From Terriglobia bacterium (GTDB lineage: Bacteria > Acidobacteriota > Terriglobia > 20CM-2-55-15): a DNA stretch of 64,000 nt. Below the pieces are notes generated by a model. The model was not told the origin of the DNA, made no database searches, and saw only the letters and a program-made list of their open reading frames with translations. The stretch lies in contig CAXWPJ010000004.1 in NCBI GenBank assembly GCA_963664115.2, positions 32,001 through 96,000 of the forward strand. Direction: 5' to 3'. Below, one piece after another: positions 20,422 through 30,042 of the stretch (position 1 is the first letter of the stretch; every line of letters starts with the position of its first letter). A program made the position numbers and the translations under genes.

Positions 20422-20826
20422 TCATCCCTGGGGAATGCCACCACCACCACCGAACCAGACTTCGGAGCCGTCAGAACGTGTAATTTTTCCGGCGACGATC
20501 GCGGGGGAACCTCGTCGTCGGGGTGGGCTACCATCAACCGTGACCGTCATGCCGATTGGCAACGTGTCCGCAGTCCAGCCTGCCCGCATAATCGCACTGC
20601 CGGTGCCTCTTGATGTGACGTACCAATCGGTTTCCACGCCGTTATCGTCGGTGACAGTGACAATCAGTTCGCAGTGCGGGTTTACCAGCCTGAGCGACTT
20701 CACCACGCCCGTGATGTTGCTGGTCTGATCCAGATCCCAGAAGTTTGTGAACGAATGGTGCGCCAGGGCTGGAATAGACACCGCCAGGAACCCGATGGCC
20801 ACGACGGCCATGATCGAACGTTTCAT
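20422..20826 (-). CDS. DUF6152-family secreted protein
   Basis: Signal peptide ending ALA|HHSF, then ITGVVK...VNPHC and RAGWTADTL; AGGAGG RBS. Confidence 0.75.
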   Translation of the reverse strand: MKRSIMAVVAIGFLAVSIPALAHHSFTNFWDLDQTSNITGVVKSLRLVNPHCELIVTVTDDNGVETDWYVTSRGTGSAIMRAGWTADTLPIGMTVTVDGSPPRRRGSPAIVAGKITRSDGSEVWFGGGGGIPQG

Positions 20827-21147
20827 TTCAAGTCCTCCTGCTGATGCTTTGCAACACGAGATACGTGTATTACGAATTTCATGAAGACGGCGGCTCGGCT
20901 AACTATGCGTTCTGTCATCCGGCGCTATGTTCCCACTCCCGACTTCGAGAGTTTGCAATGCGCTCTTTCAGCCGCTAGATTATGACTTCTCGGCGAATGT
21001 TAGTTCTGCGGTAACTGTTTTGTCAAGAAGCATTTGCCCCCACTCCCAGTGCCAGTTGGACGAGAGCTGTGGAACCCCTGTGACTGTGGTTTCAAGTGTG
21101 GGGTATCGGTATCAAATCGAATGTGCCGGAATGGCCACTTCCGCCTT

Positions 21148-21849
21148 TTAAGGGGCAATTTCGAGCAACTCGACTTCGAACATCAGGGCCGCGTTACCCG
21201 GAATGCCCGGAGGGCCCGTCGGGCCGTAGGCAATGTCCGGAGGGCAGATCAGGCGGCTCTGGCCGCCCACCTGAATGTGCTGCAAGCCTTCAGTCCAGCA
21301 CGGAATAACCCCGCTCAAAGGAAAGGTGGCCGGTTCGCCGCGGTCCACCGAGCTGTCGAAGACCGTGCCATCCCTCAGAGTGCCGTGGTAGTGCACGGTG
21401 ACGGTGTCCTCAGGCGTCGGACTGGCGCCGTCCCCGGCTGTCATTTCCTGAATGACCAGTCCCGAGTCCGTCCGGACCGCTCCTTCAACCGCCGCTTGTT
21501 GCTCGACGAAGGCCAGCGATGCAGTCAATTCTGTATCGGCCGAGGCCTGCAACCGTTCGTCCATGAAAGCCTGCATTTGCGGGGTATATTCGTCAAAGTC
21601 AATCTGCGAATCGCGTCCCAGAACCATATCGGCTAAGCCCATCTGCACGAATGAGAGCTCCTCGTCCGAGAAGTTGGCGTTCGTGACGCTCTGACCCAGA
21701 GCGTGGCCGAGCGCATACAGGATTTTCTGGTCTTCGGTTTCCAGAACACCAGAGGCCGTCTGGCCGGAAAGCCCGGAGGGCGTCGTGGCGCAGGCTGGCA
21801 GTGCACAAGCGAGACTTAGCAGAAGCAATAGACGGAGAGTAGACGACAT
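21148..21849 (-). CDS. FKBP-type peptidyl-prolyl isomerase (lipoprotein)
   Basis: Lipobox LPAC, YALG dimerisation domain, VTVHYHGTL, FDSS, VIPCWTEGL, FEVELL. Confidence 0.92.
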   Translation of the reverse strand: MSSTLRLLLLLSLACALPACATTPSGLSGQTASGVLETEDQKILYALGHALGQSVTNANFSDEELSFVQMGLADMVLGRDSQIDFDEYTPQMQAFMDERLQASADTELTASLAFVEQQAAVEGAVRTDSGLVIQEMTAGDGASPTPEDTVTVHYHGTLRDGTVFDSSVDRGEPATFPLSGVIPCWTEGLQHIQVGGQSRLICPPDIAYGPTGPPGIPGNAALMFEVELLEIAP

Positions 21850-22014
21850 CAGGACTCCTTCTTGGTGATTGACGGTCCGCCACGATACCACGATGGTTCA
21901 GAATTCATGAGGGGTGGACGAGGGACCTGTGCCAGCGTCGTTCGACTGAATGTGAACGACTCTGGCAAAGTTTCATTCTGGTCAACGAGCGGAAACCGGG
22001 TTCCTCTTTTGCCG

Positions 22015-22935
22015 TCAAGACGGAAATCCGCCGGCTTTGGAGACCATTGACGCGGCAGGTTGCCCCAGGAGGCTCCCTGCCCAATGGGCCAGTTCGATGA
22101 GCTTGGCAAGATCAGTGCCCGTTTCTACGCCGGCGCGACCCAGCATATAGACGAGGTCTTCAGTCGCTACATTGCCTGTGGCGCGCGGAGCGAACGGGCA
22201 CCCACCCAGGCCCCCGATTGACGCATCTATGGTTTTGGCGCCTGCTTCTACTGCCGCCCAGGCGTTAGCGATTCCCGTGTTGCGTGTGTTGTGAAAGTGC
22301 GCGCGCAAGGGGAGATCACCGACCGCGTCGTGAACCCGGTCGAACAAATCCCGTACCTGGTTCGGGACGCCGACGCCGATCGTGTCCGCGATGGCGATGT
22401 CCACCGCACCCGCATCGGCAACGGTCTTCGCGATCTCCACGACACGGCCCGGATCCACCTCACCCTCGAAAGGGCAGCCACAAGACAAACCGATCGTTGC
22501 TTGCGCGGACCGGCCGTCACGTGTGGCGAGGCGAATAATGTCTGCGGCCACTTCCATGCTCTCCTGCCACGTTGCCTGGCCCTGGTTCTTTTGCGCGAAG
22601 GTATCGGTCGCGCAGACAACCGTACCAATCTCGTTTATCCTTGTCTCCCGAGCGCGTTCGTACCCTTTCATGTTGAGGACCAGTCCGATGTAGCAGACGT
22701 CGCTGCGGGGCTCTACGCCGTCCACGACTGCTTCGGCGTCGGCCATTTGCGGAACCCTCTTCGGATGCACGAAGCTGGCGACTTCCAAGCGGCGAATTCC
22801 GGCATCGATGGCGCGCGCGATCAAGGCGAGTTTCTCCTCGGTCGAAACCATCGTCGTTTCGTTCTGCAGCCCGTCACGCGGCCCGACTTCACATATCTGT
22901 ATCCGGCTTCGAGGCTTGTCTTCGGCCTGTGTCAT
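22015..22935 (-). CDS. Hydroxymethylglutaryl-CoA lyase family protein
   Basis: EVGPRDGLQNE, ADTIG, HFHNTR, GGLGGCPFAP, GNVATED. Confidence 0.92.
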   Translation of the reverse strand: MTQAEDKPRSRIQICEVGPRDGLQNETTMVSTEEKLALIARAIDAGIRRLEVASFVHPKRVPQMADAEAVVDGVEPRSDVCYIGLVLNMKGYERARETRINEIGTVVCATDTFAQKNQGQATWQESMEVAADIIRLATRDGRSAQATIGLSCGCPFEGEVDPGRVVEIAKTVADAGAVDIAIADTIGVGVPNQVRDLFDRVHDAVGDLPLRAHFHNTRNTGIANAWAAVEAGAKTIDASIGGLGGCPFAPRATGNVATEDLVYMLGRAGVETGTDLAKLIELAHWAGSLLGQPAASMVSKAGGFPS

Positions 22936-23071
22936 TGTGGAGATCGCGCCCGTGTCTGGTTTCGGGTGACGTATAGAATAATAATGATACCGGAGGTCCG
23001 TGGGTCAATAAGGAATGTCGGTGCGGGGTTCGTGTGGTGGTCGAAAGGCTTGGTTGAGGGATGGTTGAGGG

Positions 23072-24277
23072 ATGACTGAAAATAAGCATCAGCATGGCGA
23101 GCCAGGGGCCCTGAAAGATCTGAGGACGATTGAACTTGGCCACTTGATCGCCGGTCCGTTCTGCGGTCAGCTCATGGCCGATCACGGGGCTGAAGTCATC
23201 AAAGTTGAAGCCCCTGGCGACGGTGACCCGATGCGGGGCTGGGGCCGGGGAAAGCCTGTCTGGTGGCCGGTCATTGGCCGCAACAAGAAGTCGATCACAC
23301 TGAACCTCCGTGTCTCGGAGGGCCAGGAAATCCTTAAGGAGCTGGTTGGGGCGAGTGATTTTCTGCTCGAAAACTTCCGTCCCGGAACGATGGAGAAATG
23401 GGGTCTGGGTTGGGAGGAACTCCGCGGCATCAACCCGCGACTCATAATGATTCGCGTGTCGGGATTCGGGCAGACTGGCCCCTATGCGAAGCAGGCCGGT
23501 TACGGCGGGATCGGCGAGGCGATGGGTGGCATGCGGGCGCTGATGGGATATCCGGACCGACCGCCGAGCCGCGCCGGTTTGTCGATTGGGGATTCGCTGG
23601 CGGGAACCTTCGGTTGCCTGGGGGCGATGATGGCGCTGCACCATAGAGAGAAGACCGGCCAAGGTCAGGTTGTCGATTCGGCCATCTACGAATCAGTCCT
23701 CGCGATGATGGAATCCACGGTTCCCGAATACACCGAGGCGGGGCATGTGCGAAAGCGCTCCGGATCCATGATCCCAAAGCTTGCCCCCTCCAACGTATAC
23801 ACGACCAAAGACGGTGAGCTGCTGATTGGGGCCAACCAGGATAGCGTCTGGAGTCGTCTTGTGGCAGCGATGGACCGCGAAGAGCTTGCCAGTGACCCTC
23901 GCTTCGCAACCCACATCGCGCGTGGCGAGAATCAAGTCGAGCTCGACGCACTCATCAACGAATGGACACAGACCTTGACGACCGATGAGTTGCAGGAGCT
24001 GATGGACAAGTTCAGTGTCCCGGCCGGGAAGATCTACACGCCTCCTGAGATGTTGTCTTGCGAGCACTACCGCGCGCGCGAGGCGATCGTCAAAGTCGAA
24101 CACGAAGCCTTCGAGAACCTCCATATGCAGAACGTCTTTCCAAAGCTGTCGGAAACGCCCGGAGGCGTGAGGTGGCCCGGTGTAGCCCTGGGATCTCACA
24201 ACGAAGAGATCTACGGTGAACTCCTTGGCCACCCCCTGGACGACCTTGCCCGTTGGCGGGAAGCCGGGACGATTTGA
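23072..24277 (+). CDS. CoA-transferase family III (CaiB/BaiF)
   Basis: IAGPFCG, GAEVIKVE, RNKKSITLNL, ENFRPG, SGFGQTGP. Confidence 0.92.
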   Translation: MTENKHQHGEPGALKDLRTIELGHLIAGPFCGQLMADHGAEVIKVEAPGDGDPMRGWGRGKPVWWPVIGRNKKSITLNLRVSEGQEILKELVGASDFLLENFRPGTMEKWGLGWEELRGINPRLIMIRVSGFGQTGPYAKQAGYGGIGEAMGGMRALMGYPDRPPSRAGLSIGDSLAGTFGCLGAMMALHHREKTGQGQVVDSAIYESVLAMMESTVPEYTEAGHVRKRSGSMIPKLAPSNVYTTKDGELLIGANQDSVWSRLVAAMDREELASDPRFATHIARGENQVELDALINEWTQTLTTDELQELMDKFSVPAGKIYTPPEMLSCEHYRAREAIVKVEHEAFENLHMQNVFPKLSETPGGVRWPGVALGSHNEEIYGELLGHPLDDLARWREAGTI

Positions 24278-24570
24278 AGTGGCGGGCGTCTGCTTCTCTC
24301 AAATGTTTTCGGGTTTTCAGCAGTTTCTTTCATACCACTAATCTGCGACTGACACTTTGTCCAAGTCCTGGCAAGCCCCGCACTGCGGCATCAGTGAATA
24401 GGGCTGAGCCGAACGGTCAAAACCTTTTGTATCAGTTGTTTCCCATATGCAAACCGAACGCGCTTCGGAACCCAACCTGCAGGAAGTACGTTGGAGGAAG
24501 TAAAGGAGTAGCAGTAGCCATGCGTGTGTCCGCACTCAGGGTCACCTGCCGGCTTTGGGAGGGCAAGCCG

Positions 24571-24960
24571 ATGACTCCAATTCAAATTGACGAATATAAG
24601 GAAGAGATGCGTGAAGCCATCTGCCGCGTGTGCGTGTCCTTTATTAACGACGACGGGAAACCCGGCCGATGTGTTCACGAGAACTCAGGCAATTGCGCCC
24701 TGTTCGCACATCTGGGCGAAGTGGTGGACGTGGTATCCGGTGTCCAGAGTGGTTCTATCGGTCCGTACGCAGATGTGTTACGCCAAAAGGTTTGCGCGAA
24801 GTGTGAGACCCAGGACGAGCAGGGATTTTGCAGGCTGCGCGACAATCATGATCCCGTGCCGGATTGGTGCGTTCTGGATTCATATTTCAATCTCGTAGTC
24901 GGTGCGGTTGAACGGGTGCAGGCCGCTCACGCCGCCTCAACTCCTGCCCGTCAGCCGTAG
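24571..24960 (+). CDS. Cys-rich hypothetical protein with an internal duplication
   Basis: GGGAGG RBS; two modules, CRVC..C..C and CAKC..C..C. Confidence 0.7.
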   Translation: MTPIQIDEYKEEMREAICRVCVSFINDDGKPGRCVHENSGNCALFAHLGEVVDVVSGVQSGSIGPYADVLRQKVCAKCETQDEQGFCRLRDNHDPVPDWCVLDSYFNLVVGAVERVQAAHAASTPARQP

Positions 24961-25021
24961 CCGCAGCCAAGGGAAATCAGTCGCTATCGGTCCTTTCTCG
25001 GCTGCATCCTTTTTAGAACAC

Positions 25022-25092
25022 AAAGGGGACGGACACTTCACAATTCGGCTTTTTTGTTCCCAGGTTATGGAATATATGAAGTGTGCGTTCCA
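25022..25092. repeat. REP/REPIN-like palindromic element, copy B
   Basis: AAAGGGGACGGACACTTCA ... TGAAGTGTGCGTTCC. Confidence 0.7.
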
Positions 25093-25294
25093 ATCCGTCT
25101 CAGCGGTCCAGACCAATGCCTGAGCAAACATGAGGCAACCCCCGGTCATTCGCAAGTTGACCACGCGCGCCAGCCAGCATAAAATCAGGGGCTTCAACCC
25201 AAGGTTCCATGAGAAAAGCTTGCCGTGACGGTGAAGCATCCCTTGGCCGCCGGCGTCCGATGTAGTGGCGACCGCGGGTCAAATAGGAGACTCA

Positions 25295-26281
25295 ATGGCA
25301 GAAGGTAAGGACCCCAATCCAACTGTATCGAACGAACGGCAGCAACCCGGATCATCTGACCCGAAGCCGTCCCGGCCCCCGATCACGCGACGTGACTTTC
25401 TGATTCGCGGTAATGCAGGGGCGGTCGCGGTCGGTGTAATGAGCGGTGCCGGATTCGCGTCAACGCTTATTTCCGAACCCGCTGAGGCGGCGCCAAAGCA
25501 ATCGGATCCCATCGATCCCATACGGTCGCGCAGAGTCACCCTGAACGTTGATGGAGCCGAACACGACGCAACGGTGGACGTCCGCGAAAGCCTGTGGGAA
25601 ACCATGAACAAGCGTTTGGGACTGTCCAACTCCAACCTGGGCTGCGACCGCGCTCAGTGCGGTGCGTGCACGATCCTGATGGATGGGAGGGCGGTGAACG
25701 GTTGTGCTGTATTGACGGCCCGTTCCGGCCGGGGTCAGGTCATACGCACAGTGGCAGGGCTTGCCACCGGACCGGGAGTGGCCGGGCTGCACCCGATTCA
25801 GAAGGCATTTTGGTATGAGGGCGGGTTTCAATGCGGCATATGCACGCGGGGCTTCATCATGGCCACCTACGCCCTCCTTGAAAGCAATCCCAACCCGACA
25901 ACCCAGGAAATCAAGGAAGCACTTGCCGGAAACATCTGCCGCTGCGGTGAATATACGAAGATCCTGACGACTGTTCAGAAGGCCGCAGCCGACATGCGCG
26001 GTGAGCAGATTACTTACTCGGCGGCGCCGACCGCCCTCGAAGAGCCGGAAATACCTCAGGTAGCAGCCGGGGGTAGCGAATCGAGGCAGTTCAGCTTCGT
26101 CACGGCCATGGGAACGATCGAAGACTACGATGACCTGGCTCTGGAATTCGGTGGGCGACCGGGAATACTGGGTGTGTCCGGAACCGAGCGTACGATAACG
26201 CCTATCTGGAATCCCACTGTGCTTGACGAAGCGCGGGTCCGCCAGATATTGGAAGAGCTCGGCTCTCCCGTAACGCCGTAG
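25295..26281 (+). CDS. Xanthine dehydrogenase-family 2Fe-2S subunit with Tat signal (PaoA-like) and a C-terminal extension
   Basis: TRRDFL twin-arginine motif, GCDRAQCGACT, QCGICTRG, GNICRCG; AGGAG RBS. Confidence 0.9.
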   Translation: MAEGKDPNPTVSNERQQPGSSDPKPSRPPITRRDFLIRGNAGAVAVGVMSGAGFASTLISEPAEAAPKQSDPIDPIRSRRVTLNVDGAEHDATVDVRESLWETMNKRLGLSNSNLGCDRAQCGACTILMDGRAVNGCAVLTARSGRGQVIRTVAGLATGPGVAGLHPIQKAFWYEGGFQCGICTRGFIMATYALLESNPNPTTQEIKEALAGNICRCGEYTKILTTVQKAAADMRGEQITYSAAPTALEEPEIPQVAAGGSESRQFSFVTAMGTIEDYDDLALEFGGRPGILGVSGTERTITPIWNPTVLDEARVRQILEELGSPVTP

Positions 26282-26306
26282 TTAGCCGTAGACAAGGAGA
26301 AGTGAT

Positions 26307-28799
26307 ATGAACAGAGATTTGGATGCCCTGCGAATCGCACAGGATCCGGCGTATGCGGCCAGCCTTTCCGATGACGAATGGAATAGTTTGTCGACGAATC
26401 CGGAGTGGAACGAACTCATCGGCGAATACCCGGAGTTGGTCGAACCCGTGATCGAGCAATATGCGGGAGCCCTGAACGTTCCATCGCCCCGGACGCCACC
26501 ACCACCGCCACCCCCCCAGGCGGGGGCGGCACAGGATTTCCAGGTGATCGGACGACGAATACCCCGCCTCCATGGCTTGGGTGTCGTTACCGAACTCGGG
26601 AAATACGTCCAGCATATGCAGATGCCCGGAACGCTCTACACTCGAACGCTCCGGAGCCGCTATCCCCACGCCAGGATCGCCGCTGTCCGGACCGACCGGG
26701 CGGAACAGATCCCAGGCGTCGTTGCTGTCCTGCACCGTTTCAATCTGCCACCGGAGTATTCCGACGTCCGTCTGGGTGGCAGCCCGCCGGAACGTTACCT
26801 GTTCAACGAAGAAGTTTTTCAGGTCGGGGCGCCGATCGCGGTTGTCGCGGCAGAAAGCGAGCATATCGCCGACGAAGCGATCCGGGAGATCGACGTAGAT
26901 TACGAGGTTCTTCCCGCCATGCTGGGCATGATGGAAGGGACCAGCCCTTTTGCCTTGCAGCAGTGGGATAACGCCGAAGACGGCACGATCATATCGGTCA
27001 CGCCGGCGCTGCTGCGGGGGGACCCCGATGGCGCTCGGGCCGATACAACGCTGAACGCGGTTATCGAGAAATCCACAGAACAGCATTTGGCGTTGGAAAT
27101 GACGAACTCCCTGATGTATTGGGATCAGGACCGTCTCATCGTGTACTACACCACGCAGCATGCGCACGGGGCCCGCGCCGGTCTTTCCCGGGCTCTGAAG
27201 ATTCCCGTCAACCACATCCGCGTCATCCAGCCCGGCTACATGGGTTCGGGGTACGGCTATCGTGCGGGGGTTGACCTCAGCGAAGTCCATACGGCCATTT
27301 TGTCCAGGATCACGGGTCGTCCGGTAAAGACAATGTACACACGCGAAGAGGACTTCATCACGCGGACGCATCGGCCGCAGTTCCGTAACGAAATGCGGAT
27401 GGGCGTGAACCGGGACGGGACAATCCAATCCGGACAATTCCGCGTTTACGCGAACGTCGGTGCTCAGAGAGGCGGGGGCGCAAACGGTGCCTGGTATGGG
27501 ATGCAGCATCTCTACAACATCCCGAACCTCCGGCTCGAAGCGACTGACGTGTTTACCAACAGCTTCAGGTCCGGTCCCTACCGATGCGTCAGCCATCCCA
27601 ACGGAACATTTGCGTTGGAGATGATGGTCGAGCGTGCGGCGGACGCAATCGGCATGGATCCGGTCGATTTCCGGCTCCTGAACCTGAATGAAACCGGAAA
27701 CCCCGATACGGGCAGACCCTTCAGCAATCCAGGTATTCGCGACTGCATCACCTCTGTCAGAGACCGCATCGGATGGCAGCAAACCTGGCACCCGTCCCGC
27801 GCGCGGGAGCTCAGCCCAGGTATCTACCACGGCATTGGTATCGCCGCGCATTGCTGCAGTCACGGCGGTGGAACCAATCCGGCCACAGGTCAGGTCATTG
27901 TGAATACGGACGGCAGCGTTCAATGTGTCTCGGGCTCGACTGAAATCGGACCGGGACAGCGGACCCAAATGGCCATGATCGCGGCCGAGGCGCTCGGCGT
28001 TCCGTTCGAGACCGTCAGTATCGCGACCTATGTCGATACGGACAACACGACCGACACTGGAAGTTCGACCGGAAGTCGACAGACCAATACCGGCGGTCGC
28101 GGCATGTATGAAGCGGCCATCGACGCCAAGAACCAAATCCTCAGGTACGCTGCCGACCGGCTCGTCAGCGATGCCGCCCGTCGCAACGAGCAGATCCAGG
28201 TCAGCCCGGACGATCTCGACATTCGCGACGGACAGGTCTTCATGACGGCGGACCCGTCCACGAGCCTGGCAATGAGCGCAGTCGTCCAGAGCGCCGGTTT
28301 CTCGATTCTGGGACGGGCGGTTTACAGACAGGACACCGACTGGCAGCGCACCGCGTGGGCGTCGCACGCTGTCGAAGTCGAGGTCGATACGCTGACGGGC
28401 ACCGTGACGGTTACCCGTTACGTGGCGGGTCACGACGTGGGACGGGCGATCAATCCCTTTGCGCTTGAGCAGCAGATTGAAGGGGGCGTCGTCATGGCGC
28501 TGGGTGCCGTTCTCGGGGAGGAACTGCTCGTAGATACATCGACGGGCATTCCGGTGAACCCCAACATGCTGGACTACAGGGCACCGAGTATTCTGGACGT
28601 ACCGGACGAGATCGAAGTCATTCTGATCGAGCATCCCAAGGCATACGGAGTGTTCGGCGCGCACGGAATAGGCGAGCCACCGATGGCGCCTGGGGCTCCG
28701 GCGGTGGCCGCGGCCGTCTATAACGCGGTCGGTGTGTGGATGGACAGCATGCCGCTTTCGCGCGACAAACTACTGACCGAACTCAGGAACGTGAGGTAA
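26307..28799 (+). CDS. Xanthine dehydrogenase-family molybdopterin-binding subunit (PaoC-like)
   Basis: LRSRYPHARI, GSGYG, EIGPGQRT, HDVGRAINP, QIEGG, AHGIGEP. Confidence 0.92.
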   Translation: MNRDLDALRIAQDPAYAASLSDDEWNSLSTNPEWNELIGEYPELVEPVIEQYAGALNVPSPRTPPPPPPPQAGAAQDFQVIGRRIPRLHGLGVVTELGKYVQHMQMPGTLYTRTLRSRYPHARIAAVRTDRAEQIPGVVAVLHRFNLPPEYSDVRLGGSPPERYLFNEEVFQVGAPIAVVAAESEHIADEAIREIDVDYEVLPAMLGMMEGTSPFALQQWDNAEDGTIISVTPALLRGDPDGARADTTLNAVIEKSTEQHLALEMTNSLMYWDQDRLIVYYTTQHAHGARAGLSRALKIPVNHIRVIQPGYMGSGYGYRAGVDLSEVHTAILSRITGRPVKTMYTREEDFITRTHRPQFRNEMRMGVNRDGTIQSGQFRVYANVGAQRGGGANGAWYGMQHLYNIPNLRLEATDVFTNSFRSGPYRCVSHPNGTFALEMMVERAADAIGMDPVDFRLLNLNETGNPDTGRPFSNPGIRDCITSVRDRIGWQQTWHPSRARELSPGIYHGIGIAAHCCSHGGGTNPATGQVIVNTDGSVQCVSGSTEIGPGQRTQMAMIAAEALGVPFETVSIATYVDTDNTTDTGSSTGSRQTNTGGRGMYEAAIDAKNQILRYAADRLVSDAARRNEQIQVSPDDLDIRDGQVFMTADPSTSLAMSAVVQSAGFSILGRAVYRQDTDWQRTAWASHAVEVEVDTLTGTVTVTRYVAGHDVGRAINPFALEQQIEGGVVMALGAVLGEELLVDTSTGIPVNPNMLDYRAPSILDVPDEIEVILIEHPKAYGVFGAHGIGEPPMAPGAPAVAAAVYNAVGVWMDSMPLSRDKLLTELRNVR

Positions 28800-28804
28800 C
28801 AGCG

Positions 28805-29797
28805 ATGAATAGCTTTGAACTATACGAACCCACCAGTGTAAGCGAAGCCGTTGATACCTTGAACAGACTCGGTTCCAGGGGCAAGGTGCTGGCCGGCGGC
28901 AGTGATCTCGTGTCTGGTGTTATGAAAGACTGGGTCCAGGGAGATGGCATGCCGATGCCGGACGCCCTGGTCGACGTCACGATGATTCCACAGCTGAAAG
29001 GCATTACAGCCGACGCGGGTGGCGCCACTATTGGAGCCAACACGACACTGTCGGAGATCATCGAGTCTGAGGTTTTGAGAGAAACGTTTCCTCTTTTGAC
29101 GGAGGCGACGGAAAGCGTGGCTTCTCCGCTGATTCGGAATTTTGCAACGCTCGGCGGCAACATCAACCAGCGGCCGCGTTGCTGGTTCTTCAGAGGGCGG
29201 GAATTCAACTGCCTGAAGAAGGGTGGCGATATCTGTTATTCAGTGGGTGGCGACAATCGGTACCACGCGATCATCGGAAACGATCAGTGCTTCATCGTGC
29301 ATCCTTCAGACACGGCGATGGCCTTGCTGGCTCTCAACGCCCAGGCCACGATCGCGGGTCCCAACGGTGAACGCCAGGTGGCTTTCGACGACTACTTTGT
29401 CACTCCGAGAGAAAACATCCTGAAGGAGAACATCCTTGAGGAAAACGAGCTGATGGTCAACGTGTTTATTCCGACCCCGGCACCGGGTACACGGCAGGCG
29501 TGGTCGAAACTGAAAAATCGTCAGGTTTACGACTTTGCCATCATTTCGGTTGCCACTGCGTTTACCGAGGCAGGCGGCACCTGGAACGACGGTCGCCTGG
29601 TCCTCGGCGGTGTGGCACCCGTGCCCTATCGGGCCACGGTGATCGAGAATCAACTTCAGGGCATGGATGTCACAAGCAATGCCAGGGCCGCGGCGGCACA
29701 GATCCGCACCGTGGCGCGTCCAATGAGCATGAACGCCTACAAGGTGGACGTGGCCCAGACCTTGGTGGAGCGCACGCTTCTGGCCGCAATGGCGTAG
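28805..29797 (+). CDS. Xanthine dehydrogenase-family FAD subunit with a 4Fe-4S insert (PaoB/HcrB-like)
   Basis: LAGGSDL, IRNFATLGGN, RPRCWFFR..CLKKGGDIC..C, LGGVAPVP, NAYKV. Confidence 0.92.
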   Translation: MNSFELYEPTSVSEAVDTLNRLGSRGKVLAGGSDLVSGVMKDWVQGDGMPMPDALVDVTMIPQLKGITADAGGATIGANTTLSEIIESEVLRETFPLLTEATESVASPLIRNFATLGGNINQRPRCWFFRGREFNCLKKGGDICYSVGGDNRYHAIIGNDQCFIVHPSDTAMALLALNAQATIAGPNGERQVAFDDYFVTPRENILKENILEENELMVNVFIPTPAPGTRQAWSKLKNRQVYDFAIISVATAFTEAGGTWNDGRLVLGGVAPVPYRATVIENQLQGMDVTSNARAAAAQIRTVARPMSMNAYKVDVAQTLVERTLLAAMA

Positions 29798-30042
29798 TGG
29801 CCTGAGTTAAAAGTTCGCAACATAAGATTTCTCCCGATTGTCGAATCGGCCGACCATCCCTGTTGCGTTCAAGAAGAAGCTGCGCAGCCGAGGCGTTCAG
29901 AACAAGAAGAGAAACCGAACCACTGGTTGCGCCTTCATCTGCAGAGAGTCGCGGAACGAGTCAAACGCCCGAAGTATCAGCAAACATTTAGTAAGAAGTC
30001 CTTTGTTGAACTCCAGTGATTCTCAACGTCCGACAATGTCAT

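Noticed and set aside
24253-24570. N-terminal extension of the 235-aa ORF 24253-24960
   Set aside because: Overlaps the upstream gene and lacks an RBS; ATG 24571 has a GGGAGG RBS.
26202-28664. 820-aa minus-strand ORF
   Set aside because: Antisense shadow of the Mo-binding subunit gene; no motifs, and expected from GC-rich codon bias.
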